The notes under the pieces are model-generated. The model was given only the letters and a program-made list of their open reading frames with translations, was not told where the DNA came from and did no database searches. The translations under genes were made by a program, and so were the position numbers. A stretch of 64,000 nt of DNA from an uncultured Anaerolineae bacterium (GTDB lineage Bacteria; Chloroflexota; Anaerolineae; CG2-30-64-16), in NCBI GenBank assembly GCA_937124585.1, contig CAKZKT010000147.1:46104-110103 (forward strand). Reading direction: 5' to 3'. Positions 49,368-61,257 of this stretch are shown here, one piece after another; position 1 is the stretch's first letter, and the number at the start of each line of letters is the position of its first letter.

Positions 49368-50624
49368 TCAACGCGACGCGTCGGCCGCCCGCGCCGCGTT
49401 ATCGGCCTCATCGCCAGCAGTGAACGGCAGAGCCTCCAGCGCCTGCTCGACGCGCGCCTTGAGCAACACGCCATTAGGGCGCTGGCCGAGGCCCCACAAT
49501 GAGGATATAATTGTAGCAGTGAACCGCTCGGTCATCTGTTTGAGCGCTTCCGGTTTGATCCGTTCGCCGTGCTCAAACCAGAGCGCGGCTGCATGTCCCA
49601 TCACGATGGTGGTCGAGCTGGCGATTGCCGCCGAGAGCAGCCAGCCCGGCACGCCGCCCAGCTTGCTCAGCTCCTGGAACAATGTGCGGCCAGCAAAGCC
49701 CAGCCCGAACGTGGCTGCCAGTTCTTTGGCCATGGACAGGCTGATCGGCCGGCCATAGATGCGGCTGATGCCGACGACCATGATGGCCTGCGTCGTCACC
49801 AGCGGGACAAAATCCACGATCGGCAACGGTGCGAGCGCGATCACGGCCGCCAGGCTGGCCGCGGTGATGGTCGAACGGCGGGCGAGCTCCCGGCGATAGG
49901 CCGGCATGGCGCTGCCCAACGCGGCCACCAGCTCCGGCTCGGAGATGGCGATGGCCATCAAGATCGGGAGAAGGTTGGTGCCATCTTTGGCCGAGATGGG
50001 GATGACCTGTTCCGGCTTGAGACCAAGGCTGGCGGCAGCTTCCTGGGTCACGGCCGCCAGGTCGCGCTTCACCAGATCGCTCTTGTTCAGGACGACGACA
50101 TATGGCTTGCCCAGGCCGACCAGCCCGGTGAAGACCTCCAGCTCGTTGCGTCGGATGCCCTGACCCGCGTCGAACACGATGATCAGGAAATCAGCCGCGC
50201 GCGCGGCATCCAGCCCGCGCTGACATTCCAACGCGCCGTATGCGCCGGCCGCGTCGGCGCCGGGGGTGTCCACGACGATGAACAGCCCCGCCTCGGCCTC
50301 CTGCGGCAGGCGCGTGGTGCCCGGCAGAGGACTCACGGCCGCAGCCGCCTGCGGTTCCTGGATGAACTGATTGTAGAGAGTGGACTTCCCGACGTTGGTC
50401 GGGCCGACGATGGCCACTCGCTGCTTGCGGCCAAATGCCGTCTTGACATGGGCAGCCGCCATGCCCACCAGCAGCCGCAGCAGCTGCCGCTCTGAGGGCA
50501 CGCCGCGCAGGATGCTCAGCAACGCCTCACGCTCATCCGGAGAGAGCGCCGCCCAGGTTGCAGCCAGCTGACGCTGAGTCGTCGGCGGCAATGATTCCAG
50601 GAGTTCGTTGATCGAAAGTTGCAT
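49368..50624 (-). CDS. Era/MMR_HSR1-like GTPase with C-terminal DUF697/YcjF-like membrane domain
   Basis: G1 GPTNVGKS, G2 PGTT, G3 DTPG and G4 NKSD, followed by a hydrophobic PLPIVD..Q..MV..I..IYG region. Confidence 0.82.
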   Translation of the reverse strand: MQLSINELLESLPPTTQRQLAATWAALSPDEREALLSILRGVPSERQLLRLLVGMAAAHVKTAFGRKQRVAIVGPTNVGKSTLYNQFIQEPQAAAAVSPLPGTTRLPQEAEAGLFIVVDTPGADAAGAYGALECQRGLDAARAADFLIIVFDAGQGIRRNELEVFTGLVGLGKPYVVVLNKSDLVKRDLAAVTQEAAASLGLKPEQVIPISAKDGTNLLPILMAIAISEPELVAALGSAMPAYRRELARRSTITAASLAAVIALAPLPIVDFVPLVTTQAIMVVGISRIYGRPISLSMAKELAATFGLGFAGRTLFQELSKLGGVPGWLLSAAIASSTTIVMGHAAALWFEHGERIKPEALKQMTERFTATIISSLWGLGQRPNGVLLKARVEQALEALPFTAGDEADNAARAADASR

Positions 50625-50643
50625 GTTCGCTCGCTGCAATGAT

Positions 50644-51093
50644 TTACGCCGGCCGATCCCAGCCGGACTCCAGGCCTTCGGGGTCATAGTCGCCCCATTT
50701 CACGTCAACCGTCAGCGCCAGGCGCACCGCATCGTCCAGATTGGCCTGGCTGACCGCTCTCTGGACCGTGGCGGCGCGCACAGCCGCCAGGTCGGCCGAT
50801 GGCATGCGCCGGCCGGGTTCGATCGCCACGATGCGCACAGCCGTCACATCGGCCTGCGCGTACGGGATGGTGGTGCCCGCGGGCTGGCCGAGGATCACGC
50901 GCGCCAGAGCCGCACCTGCGCCCAGAAAGCCATGAGCAAAATCGGCCTGCGCATCGGGGACGATGTCGAAGGCCATCTGCTCCAGGCTGCCGTCCTCACC
51001 GATCAGCTCGACCACTACCCGGCTGCCGATGGCAACACGCGGAACAGCCGCGCGCAGGACAATTTCCGGTTGATCAGAGACTGTATCTGCCAT
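50644..51093 (-). CDS. GreA/GreB C-terminal-domain-like protein
   Basis: Motifs VAIGSRVVVE, FDIV...AD...G and LARVILG. No N-terminal coiled coil. Confidence 0.6.
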   Translation of the reverse strand: MADTVSDQPEIVLRAAVPRVAIGSRVVVELIGEDGSLEQMAFDIVPDAQADFAHGFLGAGAALARVILGQPAGTTIPYAQADVTAVRIVAIEPGRRMPSADLAAVRAATVQRAVSQANLDDAVRLALTVDVKWGDYDPEGLESGWDRPA

Positions 51094-51309
51094 GATCGCG
51101 TCCCTCTAGAAGATTTCTCCGGGCATGCCAGGCCTCTTCGGGAGTGCCTGGGACACGAACGGGCACGGTCGGAGACCGGCCCGAGCGACCCGGGAACAGA
51201 GCCGGGCATGGTGACGTCTCCGCATTGCCGGGCAATGAACAAAGCAGGTCGGATGACTGTCTTATTATTTTACGCCCCGGCGCAATCGCTGTCAAAACAA
51301 CCACACGGT

Positions 51310-51338
51310 TTGGCAGCTGGGCCATTCGCGTGTAGAAT
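51310..51338 (+). promoter_or_regulatory. Sigma70-type promoter for the wzz/cpsD/rfbB genes
   Basis: TTGGCA (51310) - 17 nt - TAGAAT (51333). Confidence 0.55.
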
Positions 51339-51395
51339 GCACATAATCAACTGATTTGCCGTCAAGTGTTTATCCCTGCGGCAGGAGGCCGTGCC

Positions 51396-52124
51396 ATGGA
51401 CCTACATGCCTATTTCGACATTGTGCGGCGGCGAGGCTGGATCATCGTCGTGGTTGCGGTAATCGCAGTGGTCGCCGCGCTCGGTATCAGCCTGGTGCAG
51501 ACGAAGATCTATCGCGCCACCGCGCGCATCAGCGCGGTGCCGGCCCGGCCCGACTGGGGCCTCGGCAACAGCGCCAAAGATCTGCTGCGTAACTTCGTCA
51601 ACAACATCAACACCCACGACATGGCGAACCGGGTGATCGCCCGGGCACAGCTCGACATGAACTCGTACGACCTGTTGGCGAAGATCACCGTCAGCGCCGA
51701 GCCGGAGAACTTCATCATCCGCATAGACGCCAAAGACCGCGATCCGGAGATCGCCAAACGGATCGCCAAGACGATGGCCGACCTGTTCGTGGATGATCGA
51801 GTCGCTTATTATAACACGCAGGACAAAAACAACCGCATCGAGGTGAAGCTGGTGGACAGCGTCATTGATGCGCCGCTCTACCAGCCGAAGCCGCTGATGA
51901 ATGCTGCGGCAGGGGGCGTGCTGGGCGCGCTGATCGGCGCGCTGATCGTATTGGCGCTCGAATGGATGGCGGCCGATATTCTCGCCGCCCCTGCGGCGGT
52001 CGAACGCACGACCGGCCTGCCGGTGCTGGGCGTGATTCCAGCGCTCGGGCCGCGGCCGGTCGCGTCACAACGCAAGCAGCCCGCGGCGATGCAAACCAGC
52101 AAAATCCCAGGAGGCGCGCGATGA
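51396..52124 (+). CDS. Wzz/CapA-like polysaccharide co-polymerase
   Basis: N-terminal TM after RRRGW, Y.ATA motif, P..PKP, a second TM and GLPVLGVIP. Confidence 0.85.
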   Translation: MDLHAYFDIVRRRGWIIVVVAVIAVVAALGISLVQTKIYRATARISAVPARPDWGLGNSAKDLLRNFVNNINTHDMANRVIARAQLDMNSYDLLAKITVSAEPENFIIRIDAKDRDPEIAKRIAKTMADLFVDDRVAYYNTQDKNNRIEVKLVDSVIDAPLYQPKPLMNAAAGGVLGALIGALIVLALEWMAADILAAPAAVERTTGLPVLGVIPALGPRPVASQRKQPAAMQTSKIPGGAR

Positions 52125-52750
52125 CTCCCGACCTCGTCACTCTGACCGATCCCGCCTCACCGATGGCCGAGGCCTATCGCCGCCTGCGGGTCAACCTGAG
52201 CGCGCTCGGCAAGAAGCACGCGCTGCGCACGCTGCTGGTGGTCGCAGCCGCGCCGGATGACCATAAAGCCCAGACGGTGGCCAATCTGGCTGTCTCGTTC
52301 GCCCGCATCGGCAGCCGGGTGATCCTGGCAGACTGTGACCTGCGGCATCCGATGCAGCACCTGCTGTTCGGCTTGGAGAACGCGGCCGGCGTGACGACTG
52401 CACTGGCCGCGCCGACCGCGCCCCTGCCGCTGCAGGCCACAGCCGTCGCCAATCTGCGCCTGCTGACCAGCGGCCCCGGCCTGGATGCGCCTGCCGACGC
52501 GCTGGCATCGCCCGCCATGGCCGATCTGCTCGGCCGCCTGGGCACCGAGGCCGACATCGTGCTGCTCGACGCAGCGCCCGTCACCCAGGCCACCGACGCG
52601 GTCGAGCTGGCGACACGCGTAGACGGCGTCCTGCTGACCATTCACGCCGGTCACACCAGGCGTGGAGACGCGCAACGGGCTGCCGAGCAGCTGGCGCAGG
52701 TGGGCGCCAATGTGCTCGGCGCGGTTCTGGTGAACGCGGCCGAGGCGTAG
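52121..52750 (+). CDS. CpsD/CapB-like BY-kinase homologue with degenerate Walker A
   Basis: Motifs SPMAEAYRRLRVN, ILADCDLRHP and VLLDAAP. P-loop reads APDDHKA; no Tyr cluster. Confidence 0.8.
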   Translation: MTPDLVTLTDPASPMAEAYRRLRVNLSALGKKHALRTLLVVAAAPDDHKAQTVANLAVSFARIGSRVILADCDLRHPMQHLLFGLENAAGVTTALAAPTAPLPLQATAVANLRLLTSGPGLDAPADALASPAMADLLGRLGTEADIVLLDAAPVTQATDAVELATRVDGVLLTIHAGHTRRGDAQRAAEQLAQVGANVLGAVLVNAAEA

Positions 52751-52777
52751 CATTTCCGAGAAAAGGCGACGCAAACG

Positions 52778-53803
52778 ATGAAGCACATCATGGTCACAGG
52801 CGGGGCGGGATTCATCGGCTCCAACTTCGTGCGCTACATGCTCCAAAAATACCCGGAATACTCGATCCTGGTCTACGACAAGCTGACCTATGCCGGCAAT
52901 CTCGATAACCTGCTGGACGTGAAGGACGACTCGCGCTACCACTTCGTACAGGGCGACATCTGCGATGCCGCCGCAGTCGCCGAAGCCATTAAAACTTACC
53001 GGATAGACACCATCGTCAACTTTGCGGCCGAGACGCACGTGGATCGCTCGATCATAGATCCGGATGCCTTCATCCGGACGGATGTCTACGGCACGTATGT
53101 GCTGCTCGAAGCAGCGCGCCAGTTCGGGTTGGAGCGCTTTCACCAGATCAGCACCGACGAGGTCTACGGCCACGTCCACGGCGACCATCGCTCGTTGGAG
53201 ACCGACCCGGTCGCGCCGCGCAGCCCCTATGCGGCCAGCAAGACCAGCGCCGACCTGATGACCATCGCCTACCACGTCACCTACGGCCTGCCCGTGACGA
53301 TCACGCGCGGGGCCAACAACATCGGCCCCTACCAGTATCCCGAAAAAGTCGTGCCGCTCTTCGTGACTAACGCCATTGACGACCAGCCGCTGCCGGTTTA
53401 TGGCGATGGCCGGCAACGTCGCGACTATCAGTACGTGCTCGACCACTGCGAAGGCATTGACGTGGTGCTGCACAAAGGCCGGATCGGCGAGATCTACAAC
53501 GTGGGCACGGGCTCCGAGATGGAGAACCTGGCCATGGTGGAAATCCTGCTCGACGAATTGGGCAAGCCGGCCAGCCTGATCCGACACGTCGAAGATCGCC
53601 CTGGCCACGACCGGCGCTATTGCCTGAACGTGGACAAGCTCAAGGCGCTGGGCTGGCAGCCGCGACATACACACGAAGAGGCGATCCGTCTGACCGTGCG
53701 CTGGTACATGGCGAACGAATGGTGGTGGCGCAAGATCAAATCGGGCGAATTCAAAGAATACTACCGCAAGCTCTACGGCCAACGCCGCATCATCCAGCCA
53801 TGA
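52778..53803 (+). CDS. rfbB: dTDP-glucose 4,6-dehydratase
   Basis: Motifs TGGAGFIGSNFV, DKLTYAGN, AAETHVDRSI, STDEVYG, YAASK and DRPGHDRRY. Confidence 0.95.
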   Translation: MKHIMVTGGAGFIGSNFVRYMLQKYPEYSILVYDKLTYAGNLDNLLDVKDDSRYHFVQGDICDAAAVAEAIKTYRIDTIVNFAAETHVDRSIIDPDAFIRTDVYGTYVLLEAARQFGLERFHQISTDEVYGHVHGDHRSLETDPVAPRSPYAASKTSADLMTIAYHVTYGLPVTITRGANNIGPYQYPEKVVPLFVTNAIDDQPLPVYGDGRQRRDYQYVLDHCEGIDVVLHKGRIGEIYNVGTGSEMENLAMVEILLDELGKPASLIRHVEDRPGHDRRYCLNVDKLKALGWQPRHTHEEAIRLTVRWYMANEWWWRKIKSGEFKEYYRKLYGQRRIIQP

Positions 53804-53845
53804 CGCATCCTGACACCTGATGTTTCACATTTCACGAGACCTTGC

Positions 53846-56824
<2,979 letters not shown>

Positions 56825-56876
56825 CGCTGATGCGCGCCATGGCGAGGAAACGGCCTGAGATCACGGAGCAATAAGC

Positions 56877-58256
56877 ATGCCCCATCCTGCCCTGCCCGAA
56901 ACCCGTACTCCTTCCCGCCGGTCCGACCTGGCAACCATGCTCGCCGCGGTGCGCGACATGCATTGCATCTCCGTCGTCGGCGTCAGCAACCTGGGCAAAT
57001 CGAGCCTGCTGCGCGCCCTGGCCGAGACCATCTCGCAGCGCGACCGCGACGATGACGGGACCGCCTGCTATCTGCCCGTCTACATTGACTTCAACCGCAT
57101 GCTCGACATGACCGAGCAGGCATTCTACGAGCTGATCCTGCGCTGCGCCCTGGATGCCCTGGACGCCGCGACGACTGACGAGGTCGCGGCCAGGGTGCGC
57201 GCGGCGTACAACGTCCTGATTAAACCAAACAGCAGCTTCGAAGTGCCACTCAGCTTCGCCCAGGCCATGGCCACCATCGGCGACCTGCTGCCCCAGAAAG
57301 TGGTGTTCCTGTTCGACGAGCTGGATGGGCCGCTGACGGGCATTGACGGCCGCGTCTTCCTCAACCTGCGCGCCTTGAAAGACAAACACTGGCAGGGCCT
57401 GACGTATGTCACCGCCACCAACCGCCGGCTGGAGCAAATCAACCGAGACAGCAACGTGGCCGAGTTCGCCGAGCTGTTCGCGCGCTACCTCCTCTATGTC
57501 TCGCCGCTGGACGAAGAGGAGACCGCGCGCTTCGCCGCCGAATTTGCCGCCAAAGAAGACGTCACCTTCAGCGAGCAGGACGTGGCATTTCTCCGGCTAT
57601 GGACCGGCGGCCATCCCGGCCTGCTGGAAACGGTCTGCCATCTGTTGGGCGCGCTGACGGGTCGGCCGCTGCGCGATCCGACGCAGGACTGGATCATTCA
57701 CCGTCGCGCGGCCGAGCTCATCCCCCTGGAGCCGAGCATCCAGATCGAATGTCGCCGCATCTGGGACGACCTGACCCCACAGGAGCAGGATGCGCTGCTC
57801 TCGCTCTATCGTTCGCCCGCCGAAAAGGACCCACCGGGCATGGATGCCGTCATCGCGCAATACCTGGTGATCGGCCAGGGCCCGGAACGCCGCATTTTCG
57901 CCCACGCCTTTGCCGATTTCGTGCAGCGTCAGCACATCACCCGCCGGTCTGGCCCGCACGTGGGCCTGCACGTGGACGCCGACAGCGGCGAGGTCTGGGT
58001 CAACGGTGTGCAGGCGCCGACCCTCACCAACCTGGAATACCGCCTGCTGCTCCTGCTCTATGGCCGGCTCGGTAAAATCGTCACCAAATACGACGTGGTC
58101 GAGGCGGTCTGGGGCGAAGACTACATAGACGACGTAGACGACGCGCGCATCGAGAAGCTCATCAGCCGGTTACGCCAGAAGATCGAACCGGACGTCGCCA
58201 ATCCGCGCTACCTCATCACCGTGCGCGGCCGCGGCTACAAACTCGTGAACGCTTAA
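56877..58256 (+). CDS. STAND-like P-loop ATPase fused to an OmpR-type winged-helix DNA-binding domain
   Basis: Walker A GVSNLGKSS, Walker B VFLFDELD and GGHP. C-terminus LT..EY.LL...ISRLRQKIE.D...PRYLITVRGRGYKL. No receiver domain. Confidence 0.85.
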   Translation: MPHPALPETRTPSRRSDLATMLAAVRDMHCISVVGVSNLGKSSLLRALAETISQRDRDDDGTACYLPVYIDFNRMLDMTEQAFYELILRCALDALDAATTDEVAARVRAAYNVLIKPNSSFEVPLSFAQAMATIGDLLPQKVVFLFDELDGPLTGIDGRVFLNLRALKDKHWQGLTYVTATNRRLEQINRDSNVAEFAELFARYLLYVSPLDEEETARFAAEFAAKEDVTFSEQDVAFLRLWTGGHPGLLETVCHLLGALTGRPLRDPTQDWIIHRRAAELIPLEPSIQIECRRIWDDLTPQEQDALLSLYRSPAEKDPPGMDAVIAQYLVIGQGPERRIFAHAFADFVQRQHITRRSGPHVGLHVDADSGEVWVNGVQAPTLTNLEYRLLLLLYGRLGKIVTKYDVVEAVWGEDYIDDVDDARIEKLISRLRQKIEPDVANPRYLITVRGRGYKLVNA

Positions 58257-58258
58257 TC

Positions 58259-58314
58259 CTGTCAGTTCACCGTCGGCTGTCTGTCAAGCGACCACACAGC
58301 GGTCGTGCTAATAT
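58259..58314 (+). promoter_or_regulatory. Three 11-bp-periodic direct repeats plus an extended -10 upstream of pspA1
   Basis: CTGTCA (58259), CCGTCG (58270) and CTGTCA (58281); TGcTAATAT at 58306-58314. Confidence 0.6.
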
Positions 58315-58394
58315 CTGGTCGTCGAAGCCCAAAACCCTGCCGGACCGCGAATCCCCCAGGGTTTGCCACTCATCATCTGTTCAGGAGGACACTC

Positions 58395-59081
58395 ATGGCA
58401 TCCTTGCTCGACAAGGTCAATACCCTGATTTCGGCGAATCTGCACTGGCTGGTAGACCAGGCGCTGAAACAAAACTCACTGGCTGTCATCCAGCAATACA
58501 TCCGCGAAGTCGAAGACAACCTGGCCGATCTGACCGATGCCGTGGCGACTGTCGGCGGCAACGTCAAGACGATCCGGCGCAAGCGCGACGAACTGCAAGC
58601 CAAAGCGGACGAACTCGACCGCAACATTGACATCTTCCTGCGCGAGAGCCGGGATGACCTGGCCGCGGCCGCGCAGAGCAAGCTCAACTCCACGCAGCGG
58701 CTGCTCGAGACCTACAATCAGCAACTGGAGCAGATGCAGCGGGAGTACCAGAGCCTGATGGACGCGCGGCTCAAACTCGAAGCCAAGCTCACCACCATCA
58801 AACAGGAGCGCGAGGAACTGGAGGCACTGCTCGAGCTGGCGAAGTCGAAAGAGCTGACGGCCAAGGCCATCAAGTCGCTGGACGACCTGTCGGGCGTCGG
58901 CGATGCAGATGTGGCCCGCATCGCGGACTCGATTCGCGCCCGGCTGGACAAGGCCTCGGCGCAGACCGAGATGCGCGCGCAGACCCTCGATCGGCAGATG
59001 GACGAAATCCTCAACAAGCAGGAGCTGGACGCCCAGCTGGCCGCCCGCAAGGCCCGGCTGGGGCTGACGGCCCGCCAGTAG
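58395..59081 (+). CDS. PspA/IM30 (bacterial ESCRT-III) family protein 1
   Basis: Amphipathic N-terminus MASLLDKVNTLISANLHWLVD, long coiled coil, DDLAAAA hinge and C-terminal ELDAQLAARKARLG. ATG follows AGGAGG. Confidence 0.88.
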   Translation: MASLLDKVNTLISANLHWLVDQALKQNSLAVIQQYIREVEDNLADLTDAVATVGGNVKTIRRKRDELQAKADELDRNIDIFLRESRDDLAAAAQSKLNSTQRLLETYNQQLEQMQREYQSLMDARLKLEAKLTTIKQEREELEALLELAKSKELTAKAIKSLDDLSGVGDADVARIADSIRARLDKASAQTEMRAQTLDRQMDEILNKQELDAQLAARKARLGLTARQ

Positions 59082-59141
59082 CGAGGACGACATCCGCCGA
59101 GGGTGGGCGATCCCGCAGATCAGACACACCGGAGGCGTCCC

Positions 59142-59822
59142 ATGACATCCCTGTTGGAAAAGGTTCAGACCCTGATTGCGGCCGATCTGAACCGGCTCGT
59201 AGACCGCGCCCTGCAATCGAATGAGCCGGCGCTCTTCCAGCATCACCTGCGCGAACTGCAGCGCATCCAGGCCGAAGTCAATGAAGAGATGCTCAGCGCG
59301 CAGGTCGAGCTGAACCGGCTGCGCAAGCGGAGCGAGGAGCAGCTGGCCCTGGTGGCCAAACAAGACGCGGAAGTGGACCAGCTATTGCAGGCCGGCCTGC
59401 ATGAAGACGCACTGGCCGCCCAGGAACGCGTGAACAATTCCCGCATGATCGCCGCGCAGCTGGCCGAGCAAACGGCCCGACTGGAGGCCGAATATGCGCG
59501 CGTCGCGGAGACGAAGGCCCAACTCGACGCGCGGCTCGCCCTCATGATCCAGAGCGAGCCACGGGTGCAGGCAGCGAGCGGCCTGGCGCGCGCCAAGGAA
59601 CTGACGGCCCAGGCGCTGCGCTCGCTGGAAGACCTGGAAAGCGCCGGCGATCCCGATGTCGCGCACACGATCGGCGCGATTCGCGCACGGCTGGCCGAAG
59701 CCGAGGCGCAACTGGCGCAGCTCGAGGCACGCGGCCTGGCTCGCGGCGAAACCCCAGAGGCACTGAAACGCAAGGAGCTCGAGGCGCAACTGGAAGCACG
59801 CAAGGCACGGCTGGGGCTATAG
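59142..59822 (+). CDS. PspA/IM30 family protein 2
   Basis: Paralogue of the preceding gene: MTSLLEKVQTLIAADLNRLVD...ELEAQLEARKARLGL. ATG follows GGAGG. Confidence 0.82.
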   Translation: MTSLLEKVQTLIAADLNRLVDRALQSNEPALFQHHLRELQRIQAEVNEEMLSAQVELNRLRKRSEEQLALVAKQDAEVDQLLQAGLHEDALAAQERVNNSRMIAAQLAEQTARLEAEYARVAETKAQLDARLALMIQSEPRVQAASGLARAKELTAQALRSLEDLESAGDPDVAHTIGAIRARLAEAEAQLAQLEARGLARGETPEALKRKELEAQLEARKARLGL

Positions 59823-59889
59823 CCACGTCGGCGTTCGGTGCTGCGTTCCATTGAAGCGTTGCAACGTGCAAACGTAGAAGGAGAAAGGC

Positions 59890-61236
59890 ATGAACCTGGC
59901 TCCGATTCTCGTGACGCTGGGGGGCGGGCTGTTGGCGCTCATCCTGGCGATCTATTTCTGGATGTCCGCCAGCCGCGGCGGCCGGCGGACGCAGGCCGTC
60001 TTCTTCACCATCCTCGCCGTCGTCCTGTTGATCGTCGCGGCCGGGCTCGGCTGGCAGCGGCTGGGCCCCAATGCCTCGTCGCAGCAACTGGTCGTCGTCC
60101 CGCGCGGGCCGGTGCAGGTGCGCGTACTTGTGGCCCTGCCCGTCGAGCCGTGGGTGCGCGAGGCCGCGCGACAGTTCAACGAAAAGGGCCTGCGCCAGGA
60201 CGGTCAGCCGATCGAAGTGCAGGTGACGGCCATGGACGGTCTGGCCGCGTTGGGCAAGTTCGACCGCAACGAGTTCGGCGCGCTGACCGCCAACCAGACG
60301 CGCGATCAGCTCTCGGCGCAGGAGCGCCAAAAGCTCGAAACCACCTTCCCGACCGTCTGGATCCCGGACAGCCGCTACCTGGTCGAACTGGCCAACGCTC
60401 TCTACAAAGAGCGCCTCAGCCGCGATGTATTCCTGACCGACGGCGAGTATCGCGCCCGGCCAATTGCCGTCTCCCTCTTCACGTGGGGGCTCTACAGCAG
60501 CCGCGCTGCCGCGCTGGAGAAGAAGTTCGGCAAAATTGACTGGCAGGTGATCCACGATGCAGCCATCGCCAAAGGCGGCTGGCCCGAGCTGGGCGGCGAC
60601 CCGGCGTGGGGCTTCTTCAAGCTCGTTGTGCCCAACCCGCGACGCAACGTCGGCGGCCTGGCTGCCATGATCGCCGCGGCGGGCGAATACTACGACAAGC
60701 CCAACATCTCGGTCGCCGAAGTGACCGACCCGCAATTCCAGAAGTGGCTGAAGGAGCTGATGGGCGCACTGACCGATGTCGGCGGCGCCAGCGCCTACAC
60801 CGCTGAAGACTTTGCCCTGTTCGGCTACTCGGTTGGCGACGGCGGCCAGCTGCTGGAGAGCGACCTGCTGAACAACATGGCCGGCATCCAGAAACGCTGG
60901 GCCGATCCGCTGGTGATCCGCTACCCGAAATACGTCACCTGGTTCGACTTCCCGTTCTCGATCTGGATGGGGCCCGAGACAACCGCTGCGGAGAAGAACG
61001 CCGCGCTCCAGTTCGAACAGTTCCTGCTCTCAACCGAGATGCAGAAACTGGCGGTGGCGCAGGGCCTGCGGCCGGTCAACAATCAGGTCAGCATCACGGC
61101 AGGCGACAATCTGTTCGTGCAATGGCAGTCCCAGGGCATCGAGGCGGTCGTGCCGCGCACAACGCGCATGGCAACCCCCAGCCGCGATGTGTTGCAGGCG
61201 TTGCTGCGCTGGTTTGATCTGAATGTGGGGAAATGA
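59890..61236 (+). CDS. Membrane-anchored (2 TM) solute-binding-fold protein
   Basis: Two N-terminal TMs; PTVWIPDS, ..QGLRP and other motifs shared with the SBP part of the next gene. Confidence 0.75.
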   Translation: MNLAPILVTLGGGLLALILAIYFWMSASRGGRRTQAVFFTILAVVLLIVAAGLGWQRLGPNASSQQLVVVPRGPVQVRVLVALPVEPWVREAARQFNEKGLRQDGQPIEVQVTAMDGLAALGKFDRNEFGALTANQTRDQLSAQERQKLETTFPTVWIPDSRYLVELANALYKERLSRDVFLTDGEYRARPIAVSLFTWGLYSSRAAALEKKFGKIDWQVIHDAAIAKGGWPELGGDPAWGFFKLVVPNPRRNVGGLAAMIAAAGEYYDKPNISVAEVTDPQFQKWLKELMGALTDVGGASAYTAEDFALFGYSVGDGGQLLESDLLNNMAGIQKRWADPLVIRYPKYVTWFDFPFSIWMGPETTAAEKNAALQFEQFLLSTEMQKLAVAQGLRPVNNQVSITAGDNLFVQWQSQGIEAVVPRTTRMATPSRDVLQALLRWFDLNVGK

Positions 61237-61257
61237 GGCCGGGAGAAGGAGTGGGCG

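Noticed and set aside
56877-58256. Avs-type antiphage STAND protein
   Set aside because: It has no N-terminal effector or TPR sensor; the C-terminal wHTH indicates a transcription regulator.
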